Shown one piece after another: positions 36,669-44,244 of a DNA stretch of 64,000 nucleotides. The first letter of the stretch is position 1. Each line of letters opens with the position of its first letter. This DNA comes from Patescibacteria group bacterium (GTDB lineage Bacteria; Patescibacteriota; Minisyncoccia; Minisyncoccales; JANBVM01), in assembly GCA_024238995.1 (NCBI GenBank), contig JANBVL010000001.1, positions 10,059 through 74,058 of the forward strand, given 5' to 3'. Both the position numbers and the translations under genes were made by a program. The notes under the pieces were generated by a model. It was not told the origin of the DNA and ran no database searches. It worked only from the letters and a program-made list of their open reading frames with translations.

Positions 36669-37793
36669 ATGTCACTTGTTTTATATAGAAAATACAGACC
36701 ACAGAGTTTTTCTGAAATCATTGGGCAGGAACACGTTGTTCAGACTTTAAATAATGCAATTTCCAATGAAACAATTTCTCATGCTTATTTATTTTCAGGA
36801 CCAAAGGGAACAGGAAAAACAACAATAGCCAGGTTATTAGCAAAAGCTGTTAATTGTGAGAACAGAAAACAGGGAGAATTTGAACCTTGTAATAAATGTT
36901 CCTCTTGTAATGAAATTGTAAAAGGAAGGGCAATGGATTTAATTGAGATTGATGCAGCATCGCATAGAGGAATTGATGATATAAGAGAATTAAAAGATGG
37001 CATTCATTTTGCTCCAGCAAAATCAAAGTATAAGGTATTTATTTTAGATGAAGCTCATCAGCTTTCAAAAGATGCTTCTAACGCTCTTTTAAAAACATTG
37101 GAAGAGCCTCCTGCTCATGCAATCTTTGTTTTAGCAACAACAGAGATCCATAAAATGATTTCAACAATTATTTCAAGATGTCAAAGATTTGATTTTAGGA
37201 AATCAACTTTAGATGAAATAATGAAAAGACTATCTATCCTTTGTAAAAAAGAAGGCATTAAAATTGAAAAGCCAGCAATGGAACTTATTGCTTTGAATTC
37301 ATCAGGCGCATTAAGAGATGCAGAAAATTTATTGAATCAGGTTGCAATACTTTATTATGGTTCAAAGTCAGAAATTAAAAAACAAGACATCAAAGATTTA
37401 CTTGGTTTAGTAGAGATTGAAATGGTTAGTAAATTCACTGAGTTTATAACCAACAAACAAGCTCATAATGCAATAAGTTATTTAAATGAAATCACTGATA
37501 AAGGTTTGGATTTAGAAGAGTTTTCAAAAGCATTGATTAACTATTTAAGAAAAGGTTTGATTTTGAAAATAATGGGGGAGGGGAATCCTGATAGTGCTTC
37601 AGAGTTTTTATCAGGATTAACAAAAGAAGAAATTTTAAAGCTTAAAAACCAAGTTTCTTCATTTGGACAAGCAAACTTAAGAAAGATTCTAAACACCTTT
37701 CTTGAAGCGCAAAATAAAATAAGATATGCTGCGATACCACAATTGCCATTGGAGTTAGCGATTGTAGAGATAGTAGAGTTTTTAAACGTTTAA
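36669..37793 (+). CDS. dnaX: DNA polymerase III subunit gamma/tau
   Basis: SHAYLFSGPKGTGKTT, Zn module C..C..C, ILDEAHQLS and SRCQRF. Confidence 0.9.
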   Translation: MSLVLYRKYRPQSFSEIIGQEHVVQTLNNAISNETISHAYLFSGPKGTGKTTIARLLAKAVNCENRKQGEFEPCNKCSSCNEIVKGRAMDLIEIDAASHRGIDDIRELKDGIHFAPAKSKYKVFILDEAHQLSKDASNALLKTLEEPPAHAIFVLATTEIHKMISTIISRCQRFDFRKSTLDEIMKRLSILCKKEGIKIEKPAMELIALNSSGALRDAENLLNQVAILYYGSKSEIKKQDIKDLLGLVEIEMVSKFTEFITNKQAHNAISYLNEITDKGLDLEEFSKALINYLRKGLILKIMGEGNPDSASEFLSGLTKEEILKLKNQVSSFGQANLRKILNTFLEAQNKIRYAAIPQLPLELAIVEIVEFLNV

Positions 37794-37798
37794 TATAT

Positions 37799-37869
37799 TG
37801 CGGGGTCGTCCAATGGTAAGACAACGGCCTTTGAAGCCGTATATCCAGGTTCGAATCCTGGCCCCGCAA
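37799..37869 (+). tRNA. tRNA-Gln (anticodon UUG)
   Basis: Acceptor TGCGGGG/CCCCGCA (U1-A72 as in bacterial tRNA-Gln), anticodon stem ACGGC/GCCGT with loop CTTTGAA, T-arm CCAGGTTCGAATCCTGG. Confidence 0.85.
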
Positions 37870-37911
37870 CATTTTATGTTTTGTATATATTTAGATGAAA
37901 TTATATAGAAT

Positions 37912-37933
37912 CCGAACTTTTGTTCGGGTTTTT
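37912..37933 (+). terminator. rho-independent terminator after tRNA-Gln
   Basis: ccgaac-tttt-gttcgg followed by gttttt. Confidence 0.6.
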
Positions 37934-38048
37934 AATTTTGTTAAAAATCGTAAAAAATCATTTGATAAAAATATAGAAAAAAGATAGATTAAAATAATAT
38001 GAAATTAAAAACTTTAAAGAAAAAATTAAGAAGAGAATTTAGAAAATT

Positions 38049-39629
38049 ATGAAAATTAGAAAAGTAAGGCTCAAAAATTTTAAGAGATTTGACGATCTTA
38101 CGATCGATTTGGGTGATAATCCGAAGAAAATTGTTGCTTTAGTTGGGCCTAATGGTTGTGGAAAAAGTAGCATCTTTGATGCATTTGAGGAGAAGCTAAA
38201 AAATTACAAAGGCGCTCATAGGAATCCTCCTCCGAATTTTTTTTCTAAGCTGTATTATTCAATTCTCCCTGATAAAAAGTCAGAGGCATACAATAGAAAT
38301 GAGGCAGTGCAGATAGAAAATAATGAAGGGAGAGAATTCGACAAAAAGAGTTTTTATGTTCGTTCGCCATATAGGTTTACACCCAGCTTGAATGTAACAA
38401 GTATCACGTCTCAGCCAGATGCTCTTGAGGATGTATCACGTCCAGGAAGTAGTATAGACATAGATGGTAGACTCAAAGAAAACTACGAAAGACTCCTTGG
38501 ACAGGCGTGGAATGAGTATCAATATGGGAGTAAATCAGGCCCGAAGATGCGAGCGAAACTTTTAGGGCACATTAACGACATAATTTCCAAAATACTAGAT
38601 ATTAGAATTTCAAACCTTGGAGATGTGATTGGTGGGAAAGGACAGTTATATTTCGAGAAAGAATCGTCGAAAGACTTTCCTTTTGAAAATCTTTCATCTG
38701 GAGAAAAAGAGGTAGTCGATATAATTATTGATTTAGTGGTCAAAACTCCAACATACAACGACACGGTTTTTTGTATAGATGAACCAGAGCTCCACTTAAA
38801 TACTGCGATTCAGCGAAAGCTTCTTATTGAAGTAGAAAAGTTAATACCAGATACCTGTCAGCTTTGGGTAGCAACACATAGCGTGGGCTTTCTCAGAGCT
38901 CTACAGGAAGAGTTGAGAGAGAAATCGCAAGTGTTAGATTTTTCAAGGCATGATTACTTTAATAAAATACAGAAAATCGAACCCATCAGAATGACTAGAG
39001 GCGACTGGCGGAGAATTTTTCAAACAGCGTTGGAAGATATAACTGGCTTAGTCTCACCAAGAGTGATTATTTACTGTGAGGGCAAACCACAACCTAACGA
39101 TTCAGGCGAAGAGCAAGGACTGGATGCACTTGTTTATAATCAAATATTTGAAGAAAAACTTCATGATGTTTTGTTTATTTCTAGTGGGGGCACTGACGTA
39201 AGCAGTAATCTTTCATTGGCATTAGCTATTTTGAGTAAGGCATTCAATGGTGTAAATATAATGCAACTAAGAGACAGAGATGGATTATCTGATACAAAAA
39301 GGAAGGATTTTTTAGATAAAGATTCCCACAGGAGAATACTGCTTAGACGTGAAATAGAAAATTACTTATTTGATAAGGAGGTTCTGAAACTATTTTGCCT
39401 AGCAAGGAATGTAACCTTTAATGAGCATAAATATGATAGTGTTGTAGATGGTGTTGAATTGCAAGATTTAAAACCCATCCAACAAAAAATCAAAGAAGTC
39501 TGTTCTTTCAAGGGTAATATAGAAGAATTTAAGCTCAAGTTAACGGGGTTTGTCCTTCCAAAAACAAATATCTATAAAGAATTAAAGGAGTGTATTTTCT
39601 TACCAAAAGAAAAGAAGCAAATAAGTTAA
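38049..39629 (+). CDS. ABC/SMC-type ATPase fused to C-terminal DUF4435/Toprim-like domain (fused AriA-AriB / AbiL / OLD-like architecture)
   Basis: MKIRKVRLKNFKRFDDL..., Walker A GPNGCGKSS, signature LSSGEKE, Walker B FCIDEPELHLN and H-loop WVATHS. The C-terminal part carries VIIYCEGKPQ, LRDRDGL and RREIENYLF. Confidence 0.65.
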   Translation: MKIRKVRLKNFKRFDDLTIDLGDNPKKIVALVGPNGCGKSSIFDAFEEKLKNYKGAHRNPPPNFFSKLYYSILPDKKSEAYNRNEAVQIENNEGREFDKKSFYVRSPYRFTPSLNVTSITSQPDALEDVSRPGSSIDIDGRLKENYERLLGQAWNEYQYGSKSGPKMRAKLLGHINDIISKILDIRISNLGDVIGGKGQLYFEKESSKDFPFENLSSGEKEVVDIIIDLVVKTPTYNDTVFCIDEPELHLNTAIQRKLLIEVEKLIPDTCQLWVATHSVGFLRALQEELREKSQVLDFSRHDYFNKIQKIEPIRMTRGDWRRIFQTALEDITGLVSPRVIIYCEGKPQPNDSGEEQGLDALVYNQIFEEKLHDVLFISSGGTDVSSNLSLALAILSKAFNGVNIMQLRDRDGLSDTKRKDFLDKDSHRRILLRREIENYLFDKEVLKLFCLARNVTFNEHKYDSVVDGVELQDLKPIQQKIKEVCSFKGNIEEFKLKLTGFVLPKTNIYKELKECIFLPKEKKQIS

Positions 39630-39645
39630 AAGAGTTTTTAAAAAA

Positions 39646-40422
39646 ATGAAAAAAATCAGTGCATTAGCACAACTTTTTGCTAAATATAAAATCTATCCCA
39701 AAAGTTGTTACAATGATTGTTCGCCTGTAAGGGTTTTTCAAAGAATGTTTCCTAAGAATCATTACAGTAAAGACTTAGAAATATTTCTTTCGTATCAAGA
39801 CTATAAACCTACTCAAAGAGGTGCGGATTTACCTTGGTGGGGTAAAAGTTTCTTTTTGAGAAGTCCTGGCTTCAGAACACTAATAATTGGCCAAGATTCC
39901 ATATATAAGGATGCGGGTAGCATAGTTTTAGCTGCAGAGTTTTTTCCCAACGTCAGTCAGGAAAAATATCAGGAATTTATTGATAGAATGAAAGTAAATA
40001 GATATTTTGGGTTTAATAAATGGAAAAGAGTAAAGGATCAACTTATCGATTGGGGAATAGATTTTGATTTTTTATATATGACTGATGCATCAAAGGTTTA
40101 TAAAGAAGGATCTTGGAAGGATTGGGATTTTGATAGGAAAAAAAGTAGGGAAGTACTGAGAAATGAAATAGAACTCTGTAACCCAGACTTAATTATTCTT
40201 TTGGGAACTTCTCCGTTATACCTTTTAGATAACACTATAAATTACGCATCAACTGTTGAAGCCAGAAAGCCTATTTTAGTTCTAAAAAGAAGTTGTGTGG
40301 TTGCTCCCTTTTTTCTTGGAAATGGTTGCACTCAACCAAATTTTAGAAAGAGATTAGACATAGCAACAAATTTAATTAGATATGAGCTTGAAGAAGATTT
40401 AATTAAATTAGTTAAATTATGA
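39646..40422 (+). CDS. uracil-DNA-glycosylase-superfamily-like protein (function unknown)
   Basis: TLIIGQDSIYKD (compare the UNG GQDPYH motif), LYMTDASKVYK and CNPDLIILLGTSP. 258 aa. Assignment is by motif resemblance only. Confidence 0.4.
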   Translation: MKKISALAQLFAKYKIYPKSCYNDCSPVRVFQRMFPKNHYSKDLEIFLSYQDYKPTQRGADLPWWGKSFFLRSPGFRTLIIGQDSIYKDAGSIVLAAEFFPNVSQEKYQEFIDRMKVNRYFGFNKWKRVKDQLIDWGIDFDFLYMTDASKVYKEGSWKDWDFDRKKSREVLRNEIELCNPDLIILLGTSPLYLLDNTINYASTVEARKPILVLKRSCVVAPFFLGNGCTQPNFRKRLDIATNLIRYELEEDLIKLVKL

Positions 40423-41438
40423 ATATAGATAAAAACATTCACAAAGAAACTCAAGAAATAGATAAAAAATTAAGGGGTTATCTAAATATAAAAGATCTGT
40501 GCATGTACCCAGATCATTCTTCGTGTTCCGGACCAATAATTAGATGTCACTCTATTCAAAATAGTAGATCTTTAGATTCTATATCTAAAAATGGACATGT
40601 TCTTAGTTTTGTTCTATTAAGTCTTTTTGAGCTAGAAAAGAACAAAGGAGTCATTGAACTTAAAAAAGTTAGTAAAAATAAAGTTACTACATTTTTTGGT
40701 TTTTGCCAAAAGCATGATTCTGAGTTATTCAAGCCAATAGAATTATTTGACTATAAAGGAGAAGAAATCCAAAATTTTTTATTTGCTTATCGAGCCCTCT
40801 CAAAAGAGGTATATGTTAGAATTAATATGTTAAAAGCTATGCAAGAATTTTCCGGCCACCCATTTATGGAAAAAAATATATATGATTTATTTATGTTAGG
40901 ATTTCGTGCGGGCACTAGAGATTTAGTAGGACATAAAGCACTTTTTGATAATAGCTTAATGGAAAAAAATTATGGAGATGTTATGTCTTATAGGATAAGT
41001 ACTAATTTAAAGCCAAATATTCTAGTATCTTCAATTTTTTATCCAGAATATACTGTTAATGGCCTATCTATTCAAAATTTAGCAGATATATCTAGATTCA
41101 AAGAAGGAATACAAATTACTATTTTTCCGAATAGAGGAACGACAGAGATATTATTTACTTGGCACAAAAATAAAAGTCAGGCACCGGAAATATTAATCGG
41201 TTCGATTGATAAACTTAACGAGGAGGAAAAGCTTGAAACTATTACACAAATGATTTTTTCTCATTGCGAAAACATAGTGGTTTCCCCTGAATGGTGGGAA
41301 AATATTTCCAGCGATAGAAAGAAGAAATTAATAGAAACCTTTAACGAATCGATGGATATTAGAACCGAAAGAAAGCCTGATTATTTAACGCCACACGGGT
41401 TTAACATATTTAGCAAACCAGCACGAGGCTGGAATTAG
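40419..41438 (+). CDS. uncharacterised protein with N-terminal Cys/His motifs
   Basis: 339 aa with LCMYPDHSSCSGPIIRCHSIQN and FFGFCQKHDSELFKPIE. The start overlaps the upstream stop (ATGA). No family recognised. Confidence 0.6.
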   Translation: MNIDKNIHKETQEIDKKLRGYLNIKDLCMYPDHSSCSGPIIRCHSIQNSRSLDSISKNGHVLSFVLLSLFELEKNKGVIELKKVSKNKVTTFFGFCQKHDSELFKPIELFDYKGEEIQNFLFAYRALSKEVYVRINMLKAMQEFSGHPFMEKNIYDLFMLGFRAGTRDLVGHKALFDNSLMEKNYGDVMSYRISTNLKPNILVSSIFYPEYTVNGLSIQNLADISRFKEGIQITIFPNRGTTEILFTWHKNKSQAPEILIGSIDKLNEEEKLETITQMIFSHCENIVVSPEWWENISSDRKKKLIETFNESMDIRTERKPDYLTPHGFNIFSKPARGWN

Positions 41439-41513
41439 TTTTTTGATGAGACGCTAACGGGTTCTTAATTTGAGAAAGATGAAAATCAATGCTCTTTAAA
41501 GAAAGTTTTTAAT

Positions 41514-42452
41514 TTATGAAATAAAGGTTTTTAGTTTTTCCAAACTATCTTGATCATGAATAGAAACGGGCAATATTTGTTTTTTCAGTTTTTTCAAAAC
41601 TTTAAGGATTAACTTAACTTCTTTCTCTGATTTTAAATCTGTTTTGGTAAGAAGAATAATCTCTGGTATCTTTAATAATTTTGGATTATAACTCTTTAGC
41701 TCGTTCCTAATTTGTTGATAGCCTTTTTCAGGCTCTTTAAGTTCGCAAGAAAGACAATGGAATAAGAGTGAAACTTTTTCAATATGTTTTAAAAACTTGA
41801 TCCCTAAACCTTTTCCTTTAGAAGCCCCCTCTATAAGTCCTGGAATATCAGCAATAATTTTACTCTTTAATTCTCCTAAGTTAGGTTCAAGAGTAGTAAA
41901 AGGGTAATCACCGATTTTTGGATTAGCGTTTGTTATCTCTTTAAGCAAACTGCTTTTACCAGCATTAGGGAGGCCGATAAGGCCATAATCAGCAATAAGC
42001 TTAAGATTGATATGTAAATGCCTTTCCTGGCCTTTAAAGCCTTTTTGAGCATGCATTGGCGTAACATTCTTAGAAGAACGATATTCCCAATTGCCCTTGC
42101 CTCCTTGTCCTCCCTGACATAAGAGAAAAAGATAGTTTTTATCAACTAATTCAAGAACCTCTTTAGAGCCCTTATCAGTAATAATAGCTCCAATAGGAAC
42201 TTTAACTATTAAATCTTCACCAGACTTACCAGCTTTTTTATTTGACATCCCATGTTCACCGTTTTCTGCTTTAATTTTGGCACCTTTTGAAAGATTAGAA
42301 AGATCGTAAATGTTTGAAGTAGAGGCAATAAAAATACTGCCACCCTTTCCTCCATTTCCTCCATCTGGACCTTTTCTTACTTTATAAAAAGAAACCTTTC
42401 CATTTCCTCCAGCTCCAGCCTTAAGCTTAATGTTTATTTCTGTAATTAACAT
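41514..42452 (-). CDS. obg: GTPase Obg/CgtA
   Basis: Gly-rich Obg fold (KAGAGGNGKVSF...GPDGGNGGKGGSIF), G1 GLPNAGKSSL and DIPGLIEGA. Confidence 0.9.
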   Translation of the reverse strand: MLITEINIKLKAGAGGNGKVSFYKVRKGPDGGNGGKGGSIFIASTSNIYDLSNLSKGAKIKAENGEHGMSNKKAGKSGEDLIVKVPIGAIITDKGSKEVLELVDKNYLFLLCQGGQGGKGNWEYRSSKNVTPMHAQKGFKGQERHLHINLKLIADYGLIGLPNAGKSSLLKEITNANPKIGDYPFTTLEPNLGELKSKIIADIPGLIEGASKGKGLGIKFLKHIEKVSLLFHCLSCELKEPEKGYQQIRNELKSYNPKLLKIPEIILLTKTDLKSEKEVKLILKVLKKLKKQILPVSIHDQDSLEKLKTFIS

Positions 42453-42558
42453 AGGTTTTCTTCATTATATCAGGCAACTTAAGATCTGTGAAAGTGCTTT
42501 AGCTATTACGTTTTGAAGGTTCTACCTCCATAATAAGTGATAGAAAAGGCCTGGGTCT

Positions 42559-42590
42559 AAATCGCTAATCAGGCGGTTTTTTGATAGAAT
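42559..42590 (+). promoter_or_regulatory. hairpin + extended -10 (TGaTAGAAT) composite
   Basis: aaatcgc-taatcag-gcggttttttGATAGAAT. The engB ATG lies 11 nt downstream. Confidence 0.45.
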
Positions 42591-42601
42591 TAAATAGGAT
42601 T

Positions 42602-43192
42602 ATGAAAATATTAAAATCAGAATTTGTTAAAGGTGTTATCGGGGGTGATTATGATATGAAAGATAATTTACCGCACATCGCTTTTTTCGGTCGCTCCAAT
42701 GCGGGGAAATCAAGCGTAATTAACTCTTTAGTTGGTAAAAAAAACCTTGTAAAAACAAGTAAGACGCCAGGAAAAACACGTGAAGCGAACTTTTTCTGTA
42801 TTAATGACTCTTTCTATTTTGTGGATTTTCCTGGATATGGATATGCGAAGCGTTCAATATCAGAGCGTAATAAAATAATCAAAAGGATTTTTTGGTATGT
42901 GGAATCTTCCAATGCCAGGCCTAAAGCAGTTTTCTTAATTATTGATGCTAATGTTGGCTTGACTGTTCTTGATAAAGATATGATAAAAATTCTTGAGGAA
43001 AATAAACACCAAATCATTATTGTTGCAAACAAAATTGATAAATTATCTAAAAGCGTTGCGGAAAAACAGCTTTTGTTAATCCAAAAAGAAGCGCGAGATA
43101 TATCAGTTCTGGGATATTCAGCTAAAACAAACCAAGGAAAAGACGAATTAACTAAAAAAATTGCAAGCTTTGTAATGAATAAGCCTGATTGA
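42602..43192 (+). CDS. engB: ribosome-biogenesis GTPase YihA/EngB
   Basis: FFGRSNAGKSSVINSL, DFPGYGYA and NKIDK. ATG 42602 is preferred over TTG 42581. Confidence 0.85.
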   Translation: MKILKSEFVKGVIGGDYDMKDNLPHIAFFGRSNAGKSSVINSLVGKKNLVKTSKTPGKTREANFFCINDSFYFVDFPGYGYAKRSISERNKIIKRIFWYVESSNARPKAVFLIIDANVGLTVLDKDMIKILEENKHQIIIVANKIDKLSKSVAEKQLLLIQKEARDISVLGYSAKTNQGKDELTKKIASFVMNKPD

Positions 43193-43269
43193 AATGGATC
43201 GGCGAAGGAGTTCAAAAAAAAGAGTATTGATTTTTGAAATTGATTTAGATAATATAGAAAATCAATCAT

Positions 43270-43725
43270 ATGACAAAATATCTAACCCCAGAAGGGTTGA
43301 AAAAAATAAAAGAAGAATTGGATTATTTGAAAAATGTGAAGAGAAAAGAAATCGCAGAAAGGATAAGGCATGCTGCTTCTTTTGGCGATCTCAGCGAAAA
43401 TGCTGCTTATGATGAAGCAAAAGATTCTCAAGGCTTTTTAGAAAGAGAAATCTACAGATTAAAGACAATCTTATCTAAAGCTCAAGTGATAAAAAAGAAA
43501 GAGAACGGAAAAGTTCAGATTGGCTCTATAGTTCACTTAAAATCAGAAAATAATAAAAAACAAAAATTCCAAATTGTAGAATCAGAAGAGTCTGATATTA
43601 TAAAAGGAAAAATATCTCAAGAATCACCCATAGGAAGTGCTCTCTTAGGTAAATCCAAAGGGAAAAAGATAAAAATCAAAACACCGGAAGGAAAGATAGA
43701 ATATGAAATTTTTGAGGTTGAATAA
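43270..43725 (+). CDS. greA: transcription elongation factor GreA
   Basis: LTPEGLKKIKEELDYLK...GDLSENAAYDEAK and a C-terminal FKBP-like SPIGSALLGK. Confidence 0.9.
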   Translation: MTKYLTPEGLKKIKEELDYLKNVKRKEIAERIRHAASFGDLSENAAYDEAKDSQGFLEREIYRLKTILSKAQVIKKKENGKVQIGSIVHLKSENNKKQKFQIVESEESDIIKGKISQESPIGSALLGKSKGKKIKIKTPEGKIEYEIFEVE

Positions 43726-43776
43726 TTGTGAATCTAAAAATTAAGCTTAAATTTTCATTCAAAAGATATCTAAAAA

Positions 43777-43807
43777 AATCGCTTTGATAGCGGTTTTTTG
43801 GTAGGAT
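43777..43807 (+). promoter_or_regulatory. terminator hairpin fused to extended -10 (TGgTAGGAT)
   Basis: aaaatcgc-tttgata-gcggttttttGGTAGGAT. ATG 43816 lies 8 nt after the -10. Confidence 0.5.
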
Positions 43808-43815
43808 AAGAGAAT

Positions 43816-44226
43816 ATGGAAGATAAAGAAATTTTAAAAGTTATTGAGCCGAGTCCAAAACCTATTCGTTTGTTCTTTTTTGGAATGGGCATAATCGCCA
43901 CTATTGCATACAGAATAATTATTGTACTAAATTTATATAGTCCTTCATGGGTAAAAATCGCTTGGTATATTGGCACTATTGGTTTTATCTTTTATTTTGG
44001 TCATCGTTTTAATATTGCTAGAAAGAGATCAAGCTTAGTCAGGGATTATAAATTAGTTGAAGCTGTAGATAAAGCTGATTGTATTGAATCTCAAAAAAAA
44101 TTAGCTCTTCATTACTTAGTTAAAACTAGCTTAACTTCAAAATCACAATGGAATTCAGGATTGATTTTTATCCTTTCTTTTTTAGCTTTATTGATAGGTA
44201 TTTTCATAGACATTTATAGTATTTAG
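43816..44226 (+). CDS. hypothetical membrane protein
   Basis: 136 aa with three or four TM helices. Confidence 0.5.
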   Translation: MEDKEILKVIEPSPKPIRLFFFGMGIIATIAYRIIIVLNLYSPSWVKIAWYIGTIGFIFYFGHRFNIARKRSSLVRDYKLVEAVDKADCIESQKKLALHYLVKTSLTSKSQWNSGLIFILSFLALLIGIFIDIYSI

Positions 44227-44244
44227 GGGTAAATTGATAGTGAA

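Noticed and set aside
41439-41513. Looked for a direct repeat of the tRNA-Gln 3' end (an att-site duplication) at the right border of the three-gene island.
   Set aside because: The only resemblance is vague (gggttcttaatttgag versus aggttcgaatcctgg). It is not enough to call an attR, and no integrase lies in the island.
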